Assembly (NCBI GenBank): GCA_002269645.1
Contig: NIVC01000736.1
Span: 248,001-312,000, forward strand
Length of the DNA: 64,000 bases
DNA from: Macrostomum lignano
Taxonomy: Eukaryota
Reading direction: 5' to 3'
Made by a program: the position numbers and the translations under genes. Shown here piece by piece: positions 38,868-49,976 of this stretch. The first letter of the stretch is position 1. Each line of letters opens with the position of its first letter. The notes under the pieces were generated by a model. It did no database searches. It saw nothing but the letters and a program-made list of their open reading frames with translations, and was not told the DNA's origin.

Positions 38868-39140
38868 AGTTCAGTGAATGACAGGGGAAACTGCTGAGGG
38901 TTCAGTGAATGACAGGGGAACTACTGAGGGTTCAGTGAATGACAGGGAAACTGCTGAGGGTTCAGTGAATGACAGGGAAACATATCTGAGGGTTCAGTGA
39001 ATGACAGGGGAACTACTGAGGGTTCAGTGAATGACAGGGAAACTGCTGAGGGTTCAGTGAATGGCAGGGAAAACTGCTGAGGGTTTAGTGAATGACAGGG
39101 AAACATATCTGAGGGTTCAGTGAATGACAGGGGAAACTGC
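38868..39140. repeat. ~31-bp minisatellite (CAGTGAATGACAGGGGAAACTGCTGAGGGTT)n directly upstream of CK2-beta
   Basis: Direct reading. Confidence 0.92.
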
Positions 39141-39744
39141 TAAGGCACAAATACTGAGCCAAAAAGAGAAGATTACAGGAGTTATTTGAGAATGGCTGTG
39201 AGCAGTCTTAGCCTAATAAACAGTTCAAAGCTAAAAACGACACCTATGATACATATGCCTGATTAGTAATATGCAAGGAGTTTCCTGTGCTAAAAATGTA
39301 GGCACTAGAGCCAGTAGCTAGCAGCAGGGCAGAAATTCCATCACACCCAACAGATCGGAGTGCACAGGCGCAGCACAATGAGTACGCAAACACGAGCCGC
39401 TTATTCTCAATAGTAAACACTTGGTGCGAAATGTCTGCCCGTGAATTTCTAATGGGTCCCCCCGGGGCAGAATAGGTGGGGGCCGCTTGACTCCGATGCA
39501 GAGCGGAGAATGCGGGCAGGCAGAGGGCTGCCAGCTCAACCTAAACAACTCACTGAGAGACGGCAGCAACCCGAGCTAAAAAAGTTCTCTAAAAATTTCT
39601 GCGAACAACTCTGCGGCCACTGTGTGGAGACCAAACTGGGCTGACTTGACTTAACGAATTTGCTATTGCAACTCTGTGCAACCGAGGCTCGACTTTTCTG
39701 GCTGTTTAATTCTGTGAAAGGAATTTCTTAATTCGACTGGCAGT

Positions 39745-40175
39745 TTCTAGCTGGATGACGGGGGAATTTCTAGCTCGATGACGGGGGAATTTCTAGCTCG
39801 ATGACGGGGGAATTTCTAGCTCGATGACAAGGGAATTTCTAGCTCGATGACGGGGGAATTTCTAGCTGGATGACGGGGGAATTTCTAGCTCGATGACAAG
39901 GGAATTTCTAGCTCGATGACAAGGGAATTTCTAGCTCGATGACAAGGGAATTTCTAGCTCGATGACAAGGGAATTTCTAGCTCGATGACGGGGGAATTTC
40001 TAGCTCGATGACAAGGGAATTTCTAGCTCGATGACGGGGGAATTTCTAGCTCGATGACAAGGGAATTTCTAGCTCGATGACGGGGGAATTTCTAGCTCGA
40101 TGACGGGGGAATTTCTAGCTCGATGACGGGGGAATTTCTAGCTCGATGACAAGGGAATTTCTAGCTCGATGACAG
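39745..40175. repeat. 23-bp minisatellite (CTAGCTCGATGACGGGGGAATTT)n
   Basis: Direct reading. Confidence 0.95.
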
Positions 40176-40534
40176 GGAAATAATTAAAAAAGCAGAGAAA
40201 AGCTGCGAATGAAAGCGAGTTATGATTAAGTGGCCAATGTATTTCGCCAATTTCATTATCAACTGTAGCACGGCAGAGATGTGTAAGGCTAAAAATTGAT
40301 GCAGTATAAATATCAATAGTAAAAAAATTATAACGCAGCAAAATAGGCTACTATTTGTTAGAAGTGTAAAACACAATAAATATAAAATATCGTTTAACTA
40401 ATGGAGCAGAAAAAGCTGTCAGTGCTAATAGTGGCAGATGGGGTAAGCAAAACTGCATAAAAATCTGCTAAACTTTTATGTAGCTTACTGGTATGAGAAA
40501 TCTAGCATTGAGCTGTGGTGGGACAGGGAAGAAG

Positions 40535-41030
40535 GGAGGAAGGAGAGGGCGGAGGGAGAGGGGGCGGAGGAAGAGGGTGCGGAGGGAGAGGGTGCGGAGG
40601 GAGAGGGGGCGGAGGGAGAGGGTGCGGAGGGAGAGGGGCGGAGGGAAAGGGGCGGAGGGAGAGGGGGCGAAGTGAGAGGGGGCGGAGGGAGAGAGGGCGG
40701 AGGGATGGGGCGGAGGAAGAGGGGGCGGGGGGAGAGGGGGCGGAGGAAGAGGGGGCGGAGGGAGAGGGTGCGGAGGGAGAGGGGGCGAAGTGAGAGGGGC
40801 GGAGGGAGAGGGGGCGGAGGGAGAGGGGCGGAGGGAGAGGGGCGGAGGAGAGGGGCGGAGGGAGAGGGGGCGGAGGGAGAGGGGCGGAGGGAGGGGCGGA
40901 GGAAGAGGGGCGGGGGAGAGGGGGCGGAGGGAGGGGCGGAGGGAGAGGGGGCGGAGGGAGAGGGGGCGGAGGGAGAGGGGGCGGAGGGAGAGGGGCGGAG
41001 GAAGAGGGGGCGGGGGGAGGGGCGGAAGAG
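40535..41030. repeat. ~15-bp G-rich minisatellite (GGGGCGGAGGGAGAG)n
   Basis: Direct reading. Confidence 0.93.
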
Positions 41031-42009
41031 GCAGATAAGAAAGGAAAGAGGCCGAAGAGTATAGTAGAGAATCAGCAGGTGCAGGCGGGTACTCAAAAAG
41101 CGCGTCAATGACACAAGTGCAGCAATCAGTCCAGAAAAAATGTTAAGCCTGCGCGAGTAGCCGATATGTATCGTAGTCAACGTAACAAAGACGCAGTCCT
41201 TGGTACCAAAAACACAGTCAGACTGACAACTGAGTATCTCTGAGCCGATAATAAACAATAAAAGCAGCACTACATGAAGGCAAGCATGATGAACAATGAA
41301 CAGTCTGAGACACGCAAGTCAGTCTAGAAGGCTGTGCCATTAGCTAGCGGCCTTCTAAAATCCAATCGAAAATCTCAAGAAAATGATTTGAGAAACGAAT
41401 CGAAAATAAAAAAATATAAAAAGGATTGTGAATTTGCTGTATAAAGAAACAAAACACGAATGAAATTCTTCTCAGAGTTGAGTTCGTTGCTCAGTGATTT
41501 AAGGCTGAAAAACAATAAAATGTAGGGATAAAATAGTAATGGATTAATTTTATACCGACAGTAGAGCCGACCGCTCAGCAGTCAGTTTGGCTCCGTCAAC
41601 AAAGCTATCAAGATTAAAATTGGGCACGTAATGTGCCAGTAAGCTACTGATAGTAATAAAATAACACAGAATATCGATTGTTGGCATGAAGATTAAAGAG
41701 GCTGGCACTCTTCATCTGGGAATTTGGGAACGCGAGATTTTTAGGCATTTTTACCAAAAATTGAGCCACTGTTAAGCACTACTACTGCAAGTAGGAGCTT
41801 CGAATAGCATTTGGTTGGAGTGAACACGGCTACGGCTAATTGGATGTTTTGGACTACTCGTACTACTTTAGGTGATTAAAAAATTACATCGAAAAAACTT
41901 TATTGTGAAAATTATAATTGAAGAGGACATACTGGATTAAGTCCAGATACAAACTTCACATTGTGATTCAACTTAACCTGAACTGCGATTCTAATAAATC
42001 TAATTGAAG

Positions 42010-42552
42010 CTGAAACACAATGATGCGGTCCAGTACTATAAGCTGTTATACTGAAACACAATGATGCGGTCCAGTAATATTATAAGCTGTTATACTGAAA
42101 CACAATGATGCGGTCCAGTACTATTATAGCTGTTATACTGAAACACAATGATGCGGTCCAGTAATATTATAAGCTGTTATACTGAAACACAATGATGCGG
42201 TCCAGTACTATAAGCTGCTATACTGAAACACAATGATGCGGTCCAGTACTATTATAGCTGTTATACTGAAACACAATGATGCGGTCCAGTACTATTATAG
42301 CTGTTATACTGAAACACAATGATGCGGTCCAGTACTATTATAGCTGTTATACTGAAACACAATGATGCGGTCCAGTACTATTATAGCTGTTATACTGAAA
42401 CACAATGATGCGGTCCAGTACTATTATAGCTGTTATACTGAAACACAATGATGCGGTCCAGTACTATTATAGCTGTTATACTGAAACACAATGATGCGGT
42501 CCAGTACTATTATAGCTGCTATACTGAAACACAATGATGCGGTCCAGTACTA
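42010..42552. repeat. ~43-bp minisatellite (TGAAACACAATGATGCGGTCCAGTACTATTATAGCTGTTATAC)n
   Basis: Direct reading. Confidence 0.95.
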
Positions 42553-42658
42553 TGATTGGTTCTATTCAGTACAATTAAGAAACCCAAAGCGCGAACCCAC
42601 CAGCCAGTTAACAGCAGAATTTTCAATTGGTCCAAAGCCCCCAGCCTAGCTGCTAGCG

Positions 42659-43040
42659 CTAATCAATCTGGAAGTAGCGCCGGTTGTACCTGACGGCGAA
42701 CAGCTCTCTCTCGGACTCGGTGGCCGCCTTCTTGTACAGCAGCGGGTTGATCCAAACCGGGCCGGCCGCGACTGCGGCAGCCGACAAGCCGCGCCCAACG
42801 GAGGCGCCGGCAGGCGAGCCGCCGTCCAGTGTGGCACCGCCGCTGCTCGGCTCGGCCTGGCCGATGTACACGGCCGAGTTGGCCACACCGGCAAGGGCGG
42901 CCCGCAGTCCGGACAGCAGGCCCGGACCGGCGGCCAGGAACGGCACGCAGAGGAAGCCGTGAGCGACGGCCCGGCGGCGGGAGTACACGTGCAGCCGGTC
43001 GCTGATGACGTCAGACCAGTAATAGGCCCGCCCTGCGGTG
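42659..43040 (-). CDS. Terminal coding exon of an unidentified protein (possibly spliced to the TIR-like ORF)
   Basis: Acceptor cgcag at about 43041, then GC3-rich open frame RAYYWSDVISDRLHVYSRRRAVAHGFLCVPF...ELFAVRYNRRYFQID-stop. Confidence 0.55.
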
Positions 43041-43452
43041 AGGTTCAGGAGCAGCAGGGCTCAAGAGTTCAGTTCTAATTCAAGATGTTCATCCGGAATT
43101 GCATAGCCAGCCTCTGTAACTCATCCAAGTAAAAGAGTTTGGCCAAAGCTAATTGCAAGTTTTCTAGGTGATAATCTAAACGCATTATTTTCTTCCGTTT
43201 TCTTTATAAACAAACTCTTGGAGGAAAGGTAGACCTCGGAGGGAACAAAGGGTACTGAAACTACAGTTTGCGCAAGACAAAAATAACTAGCTCAGGTTAC
43301 CATTCCATGTCGCTCCTTCCTCCATGAGCAAGACGCGTTTGCTGCTAAGCTGCTCTGCCATGCATGAAGCGATTCACCCGTCTATTATTTAATCCATGCA
43401 CTCTGCTGCCCACCTCACTCAGCCCGACAAGCGCTACCCTATAACTAACAAA

Positions 43453-46400
43453 TCAACCAACTTGACCATGGGCAAGAATCAACAGACTAAAAACATGCAC
43501 AAGAGACTTTGCAGCCTTACTGGTCATCGTCGCCCAGAAGTTTATGCCGGTGTAAGGGCAGCCTTCCCCGACGCCTCTCACGCGGGCCAGACCGTCAACA
43601 ACCAGTTGATGACACATTGCGCAGTTCTCATCGCGCCAATCGGTGACAGTCTGTATTGCTGAAACGCCAGTAGCATCTGGGACCCCAGCGCCGCCGCCAC
43701 CTTTGACCTGCTGGGTCAGCTTAGCCTTGGCCTCGGCCTCGGTCCGACAGGCGATGAAGCGGCCGGACGCGTAGAATACAAAGCGCACCAGCCAGGCTGG
43801 AAGCAGGAGATATCGGCTGCGCCGATCGGAGTCGCCAATCAGGACGTCATCATCGCGGTCGCCACCGCTCGTGATGGCAATGCGACTGCCAGAAACGTAG
43901 CCAATTGTCTCGCTTGTCAGGCGCAAAACCCGACGAATAATAGTCAAGATCCGGAGCAGCCAACTCTGCTGGCTGGCGTAGAGCGCAGTGTAGCGAACCA
44001 TTCTGACCGGAGCGCCAATCAAAGTCACAATGCGCGTGATCGTGACTACGGTGGTGGAATGAATCAAGATCGTGATGCGCACAATGCGAGTGTGAATTAC
44101 TCGCATAACTCGAACAACCAAGGATGAGCGACCACTGGTGCGTCGGGAGTCACCAATTTCGCCTTTGCGATTACTATCATCCGATTCACTGCTGCTGTCT
44201 TCACCGGAATGGCGAGAAACATCATCAACATTAGGAACGTTAGATACGTTCAGCTTTTCCTGATTTTCAGTTGTCTTTGTTGTAGTTTTAGTTACAGTAG
44301 TAGTCGTCCAGCTAGTTTGCGAATGTGTCTGGCTTTGTTGCTGTTGCTGCTCAAGACGCTCCTGTTCCTTCTTTCGACGCTCTTGTTCCTGACGCTCCCG
44401 CTCCCGCTTCTGACGCTCTTGTTTCTGACGCTCCTGCTCCCGCTTCTGACGCTCTTGCTCGTGACGCTCCTGCTCCCGCTTCTGACGCTCCCGCTCCCGC
44501 TTCTGACGCTCTTGTTCCTGACGCTCCTGCTCCCGCTTCTGACGCTCTTGTTCCTGACGCTCCTGCTCCCGCTTCTGACGCTCTTGTTCCTGACGCTCCT
44601 GCTCCCGCTTCTGACGATCTTGTTCTTGACGCTCCTGCTCCCGCTTCTGACGCTCTTGTTCCTGACGCTCCCGCTCCTGCTTCTGACGCTCTTGTTCCTG
44701 ACGCTCCTGCTCCCGCTTCTGACGCTCTTGTTCCTGACGCTCCTGCTCCCGCTTCTGACGCTCCTGTTCCTGACGCTCCTGCTCCCGCGTCTGACGCTCC
44801 TGCTCCCGCGTCTGACGCTCCTGTTCCTGACGCTCCTGCTCCCGCTTCTGACGCTCCTGCTCCTTCAGACGCTCATGATCCTGCCGTTCTTGTTCCAGCT
44901 TCTGACGTTCCTGCTCTTGCTTTTCCTGCGTAGAAGAATCCGTAACGTCTATTGAAGAGGTCGTGTGGGTTGTGTTGGTGATGCGAGTTGTTGTGGTTGT
45001 GAGAGTCGATGACGATGATGTTTCTGTTGCATTCCTCGAGTTTCCTCCCGTGACAACAGTTTGGCTAGTGCTTTTAACGTCCAAAGACTTCGTTGCACCG
45101 TCTATGTTGCTTACACTTGATGCGTTGACAGGCAGTGAAGTGGCCTGCTCAACGAGTTCCTCCTGAGTAATGATCTCATTCTGACGCACTAAAGTCACAA
45201 TTGTGGTCCAAGTGCTCGACTCGATACTTGTCCAGCTGGAGCGCTCAGATGAGTAGATGGTAATTACAGAAGAGCCAAACAAAGCTAAATGGCTCTCATC
45301 CAACTGCACGTTGCCTACGCAAACCAGCGTGAGTCGATTGCGCCACTGAACGCGTCCAGATAGGAACTGCTGCAGACGGTTTAGAAACTGAGTGAACTGC
45401 ACTACTGACTCTTCAGTCACGATAAAAACCAGATTTCCGCACTTTTGCAAGTACTTTATCTCTAGTTCATCCAGAGTTTCAACCTGTACGGCATCTCTAG
45501 CAGTCAGTACATAAACCATGAGCTTGTACTCGTTGCTCATTTTCGTGGAAAAATAAGAGGCAAACTGCCAACCGGTGCAATCGTCCGGTTGCTCTTCGGC
45601 AGATGTCGAATAAAAAATCGACGTAAAAACCACAGTGTGGTAGAATTGATCGGCATCGAAAGAAATTTTTGCAAGCTGACTCTCGGCATCAGTCGGCGCC
45701 CACGTTATGCGCAGGATGCGATACAAAATTTGCCAGGATTGAACCTCCGTTGACCAAGACTCAGCCTCAGTGGATGTAAAATATACAGGAGGATGGGTCA
45801 GAAAGTCAACCTCGGACTCGCGTAGATCAACATTACCAACGCATGCAATTATGAAGCGGTTGCTCCACACACTTCGCCTGGTCAAAAACACCAGAAGGCG
45901 CGGCAAGAAGATGCGGAAGCGGCGCACGGACTCCTCTGACACGACAATCAAGCAATACTCACTTACGCGCAGAAACTCATTCTCAAACTTGTTAAAATCC
46001 GTGATAAAAGCGCTACCAGATGAGCTTGGTATCTTGCAGGACATACTAAACTCGCTTTCAGATTTTTGCTGCAAAAACTGAGCAAATGCTTCGCCCCGAC
46101 CGTCATCATTAGACTCTTTCGAGTAACTCCTCGAAGTCATCAGAATCAGCTTGAAGGCTTTGTCAAGCTGGTCGGTTGATTCAGTAATCTCGCTTGACTG
46201 AGCGCCATTAGAATTCTCTGCTGTCCCATTCGAGTCGCCTAAGGATGCCCAGGAAATGTTGAGTATGAAGTAGAGAGCCTTCCAGCACTCAGTCTCCACC
46301 ATCCATCCCTCCTCGGTGCGAGATTTAAAGATAATTAGATCGTGCACGGAAACGTCCAAGTGCAACTTCTTTAAGCCTTCGAACTCGCCCAGCGCAATAA

Positions 46401-46779
46401 AGATGAAGCGACTGCGCCACATTGCACGCATGGTGACAAACACGAGCAGTCTAGCCAGGAACCTATTTAACGGTTTGGCAGCAACCTCACTAATAATGAT
46501 GATGCAATATTCTGACTTTGCAAGAAAGTCGCTCTCAAAAGTGTTGAAATTCTCAATAAAAGCTGCACCAGAACTTGATGGTACAAAGCAGCTCATGCCA
46601 AAGACTTCTTCAGCCCACTGCTTGAGAAACAGACCAAATCTGTAAGCAGCATCATCTTGCTTCACGGGCTCTGCAGATTTTATTGCCTGACAGTAAACTT
46701 CTGGCGCCAGGATGGAAAACTTGTACATCTGGCTGTCTCCACCCTTAGTTGCCATGCGATTGCGGCAGAGGGTAGACAA
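43453..46779 (-). CDS. 1108-aa intronless protein: three tandem TIR/SEFIR-like alpha/beta domains, Ser/Thr linker, EQERQKR coiled-coil repeats, unknown C-terminus
   Basis: Three internally homologous ~150-aa units (AFAQFLQQ..SCKIP..FENEFL..SEYCLIVVSEES..RFIIACVG..W..L) with a TIR-like beta/alpha alternation. The fold call is pattern-based. Confidence 0.7.
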   Translation of the reverse strand: MSTLCRNRMATKGGDSQMYKFSILAPEVYCQAIKSAEPVKQDDAAYRFGLFLKQWAEEVFGMSCFVPSSSGAAFIENFNTFESDFLAKSEYCIIIISEVAAKPLNRFLARLLVFVTMRAMWRSRFIFIALGEFEGLKKLHLDVSVHDLIIFKSRTEEGWMVETECWKALYFILNISWASLGDSNGTAENSNGAQSSEITESTDQLDKAFKLILMTSRSYSKESNDDGRGEAFAQFLQQKSESEFSMSCKIPSSSGSAFITDFNKFENEFLRVSEYCLIVVSEESVRRFRIFLPRLLVFLTRRSVWSNRFIIACVGNVDLRESEVDFLTHPPVYFTSTEAESWSTEVQSWQILYRILRITWAPTDAESQLAKISFDADQFYHTVVFTSIFYSTSAEEQPDDCTGWQFASYFSTKMSNEYKLMVYVLTARDAVQVETLDELEIKYLQKCGNLVFIVTEESVVQFTQFLNRLQQFLSGRVQWRNRLTLVCVGNVQLDESHLALFGSSVITIYSSERSSWTSIESSTWTTIVTLVRQNEIITQEELVEQATSLPVNASSVSNIDGATKSLDVKSTSQTVVTGGNSRNATETSSSSTLTTTTTRITNTTHTTSSIDVTDSSTQEKQEQERQKLEQERQDHERLKEQERQKREQERQEQERQTREQERQTREQERQEQERQKREQERQEQERQKREQERQEQERQKQERERQEQERQKREQERQEQDRQKREQERQEQERQKREQERQEQERQKREQERQEQERQKRERERQKREQERHEQERQKREQERQKQERQKRERERQEQERRKKEQERLEQQQQQSQTHSQTSWTTTTVTKTTTKTTENQEKLNVSNVPNVDDVSRHSGEDSSSESDDSNRKGEIGDSRRTSGRSSLVVRVMRVIHTRIVRITILIHSTTVVTITRIVTLIGAPVRMVRYTALYASQQSWLLRILTIIRRVLRLTSETIGYVSGSRIAITSGGDRDDDVLIGDSDRRSRYLLLPAWLVRFVFYASGRFIACRTEAEAKAKLTQQVKGGGGAGVPDATGVSAIQTVTDWRDENCAMCHQLVVDGLARVRGVGEGCPYTGINFWATMTSKAAKSLVHVFSLLILAHGQVG

Positions 46780-47731
46780 GGAAAAGTGGCTAGACTGCTA
46801 AGTATATACTTTTTAGATTTGGTAGACAATCTCTATTATGCATGACAACAGTGCAATGATCAAGTTAAGTGTACACTAATGCAAGTATAGTGCCAGATTG
46901 CTGAACTCTGGGCATTGAAGTGGCTAACTAATTAATAGTTTCCTTTTCTTTCTTGTTTATATTTACTTTTTAATTTATATTTAACTACGATGCAAATGTA
47001 GCAAGGCTTTTTGTTCATAAAAAAGTCTTCTATTTTATTAGAAACTACTTTTATTTCGATAATATATATTAGCAAATTATAAGACCATTAGTAAAGTCCC
47101 TACAAATATACAATATTATAGTTCTTATTGACCACTTTTTATCTTAACTAATATATATCTATAGTTTGTTTATTATTATTAGTTCAAAAGAAAATGGTTC
47201 ATTTATTAAGATAAAATCTTTGCAAATGACAATTTTGGATAGAGTTCCATCATATCCTAAAATTTCCTATATCTGTATCTACAAAAAGTTCTTGTAGCCT
47301 TATCCATATACTGTATCTATATCCATAACCACAAAAAGCTTATATAGCTTTTTGTATTCATTTTTTCCATTTACTTGCAGATAAGTTGCTATATCTATTA
47401 TTGCATTGTGTAAGCTTCTTAGAGATTTTTTTAGTTTTGTGTTACACTAGGAGAAAAACTTTCAGAGTATCCAAGTGTCAAAAGCTTGTAAAAAGTAAAC
47501 AATTTCAGTGAATTGCGGCATGTAAGTACATATATAGTTGTTTATGCATTAATTAAAGGTCAATTAAAGGTTAATTAAAGGTGAATATATATATGATGGC
47601 TAATTAGCAAGAGCTACATATAGGAAGCTAATAATAGACCTAGAGGCAAAGGCTTATAAGTCCCAAGGAATCAGTTTCTTGGCAAATACTATAGATGCAT
47701 AGGTGAGAAGGTTGAAAGTGGTACACACAGC

Positions 47732-47997
47732 TAGTGGCAAAGCCAGGAATTTCAATTGGGGGGGGGGGCAGGTTGGCCTAGCTGGCCATGCATTATGCCA
47801 TTGCCACTTTTGGCATCGCAGGCACTTATTTTGGTGCTGTAAGCACTCATTTTGGCACCACAAGCACTCATTTTAGCATTGCAGGCACTTAATTGCCTTA
47901 TGGTTTTTGGTACCTACCGCACCTAACCCTACCTCCCCCTAGGCGATTGGGGGAGGGCTGCAGCCCTCCCCAGCCCCCCTCCTTAGCTACGCCACTG
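47732..47997. mobile_element. hAT-type MITE (266 bp)
   Basis: Imperfect TIRs TAGTGGCAAAGC / GCTACGCCACTG; 8-bp TSD cacacagc (47724-47731) and cacatagc (47998-48005). Confidence 0.7.
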
Positions 47998-48463
47998 CAC
48001 ATAGCTAGGTTAATACATGTATTAAGATGCAATTAAACATTTATGCATTTTATATATTATTAAAAGCAATCTATGTCAAACTTCTAGTTCTATATTTTTC
48101 ATATAGCTGCTTATGAATTCCAAAACAACTGAACACATAATAGAGCATAAAATATGTAAATGGCTTTTTTCATTACTAAACTTTAACTGGGAAGCCAAAA
48201 AAATATATTTGTAGCTTTTTGTATCTATATCCATAGATACAATAGAACTCTAATTTTGGAATAAAAAGCATATAATTTTTGTGCAAGTTTTTTATCTTGA
48301 ACTGTGACCATACATGCACAACAGTCGGCCGATCTGGCCAATGGATTTGGTGGCCAACCAAGGAAGTCGCAAAAATGCCTACCCGAAAAACACCCAAGTA
48401 GTAGTACTAAGTAGCTGACGAGGCATTTTATGTTAATAAGACAGTTAAGTTACTCCTACCATT

Positions 48464-49976
48464 TAGGGGGCGACCCAGTCCCGGGCCCGGGCCCGAAAAG
48501 TCGGGAATCCCGACCAAAATCGTGGCCCGACCCGGGCCCGGGCCCGACCCTAAAAAAGTCGGGAAATCGGGACAAGTCTTTTTTCCCTAAAGGCACAGTC
48601 TAACCGCGTGCAAATAAGAATAAAATTATTTTTATTCACAGCACAGCACAACACTCAGTTAAGCATTGCATCAGCACTCAAGACTCAAGCACTGCACGAC
48701 TGCAGTAATAGTAATAGATGATATGATGTGAAGTAGCAATATCATTGATTCGTAGTAGGCTCTAAGCGTGAGCGTCTGTGACCGTGAGCGTCAGCCACAG
48801 CCAGTTTCCACTTTCCAGGAAGATCGGATTTTTTCCAGGAAGATAAAATTAAAACATAGTTGATGCAATATTGATTCCACTTTACACGCTGCAGGCTGCA
48901 GCCTAAAAGCAAAAATATGATTTTTTAAAAAGTTGATTTGTCATTTTTAAGCTTTTGTAAATAAAATTTCCTATTTACGTTCCAAGAAGTACCTATTAAG
49001 GGCCAAGGCTACCATTTTTCCAAGAAGTTTGCTATCTATCAGAGTTTGTAATCGTGTTCATATTTGTATTGTATTCGTAGGTAGTTGTAGTTGTAGACTC
49101 AGTATCGTATTCGTAATCATATTCGTTTAGGTAGGTAGGTGAGCAGGTAGGCAGGTATCAGCTAATTACTTGTATTTCCATTGTCTGTTTGCCTGTTCTG
49201 TTGAGACAGTTGAGTGTTGTGTTGTGTTGTCACTTCACTTGTGTTCTGTTCTGTTGTCTTGTCTTGTTGTCTTACTGAATACTGACTGTGTACATGGCTC
49301 TTTACATTGAAGCTATGTAAAGAAACTAAAAATTCAAATAAAAGAATCAATCTATTGATTTGGTTCTTACTTCCTTACTGCTTCCAATGCCAAGTGCCTT
49401 ACACTTAATGCTTCAGCTTTTCTTCTTTTTGCTTACTGCCACTGCCAGTGCCAGCCGCACTACCTCAGTGCCTGCTTGCCTACCTCACTGCCTGTTAAGT
49501 GTTAGTGTCACTGTCACTGGCACACACACAGTACTTGTGCCACACAGTGACATTGAATTTGAACTATTGAGTATATTGATATTTGAGTATTAAGTCTTTT
49601 AATGTAACTCTTATCTATTCTGAAGTCTTAACTAATGTATTAAATAAAAATAATATTTATTATATATTTAATATAATATATTATATTTATATATTATTAT
49701 ATATTTCATATATTTATATATTATAATATATTTAATGTTTATCATATATTTATTATACATTTAATATATTATATTAGATTTAATATATTAATATATTTAT
49801 TATATATTTAATAGTAATCCGCATATGCTAAAAGTATTAAGATTTATTATGATTTTTTTCCAATTATTGAGCTGTCTTAAAGATCTTGTCCCGAATTCCC
49901 GAGGCCCGACCCGGGCCCGAGTCCTCATTCCCGGGCCCGACCCGGGCCCGACTTTGGCCGTCCCGGTCGCCCCCTA
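48464..49976. mobile_element. Non-autonomous hAT element (1513 bp)
   Basis: Perfect 12-bp TIR TAGGGGGCGACC/GGTCGCCCCCTA, perfect 8-bp TSD CTACCATT on both sides, subterminal GGGCCCGA repeats at both ends, AT-rich non-coding interior. Confidence 0.9.

Noticed and set aside
42010-42552. C/D-box snoRNA-like motifs (ATGATG...CTGA) in the 43-bp unit
   Set aside because: Box C is imperfect, the spacing is too short (about 38 nt) and there is no terminal stem.
44209-44955. Leu-rich and DAPAPAS plus-strand ORFs
   Set aside because: Antisense of the EQERQKR coding repeat of the TIR-like gene.
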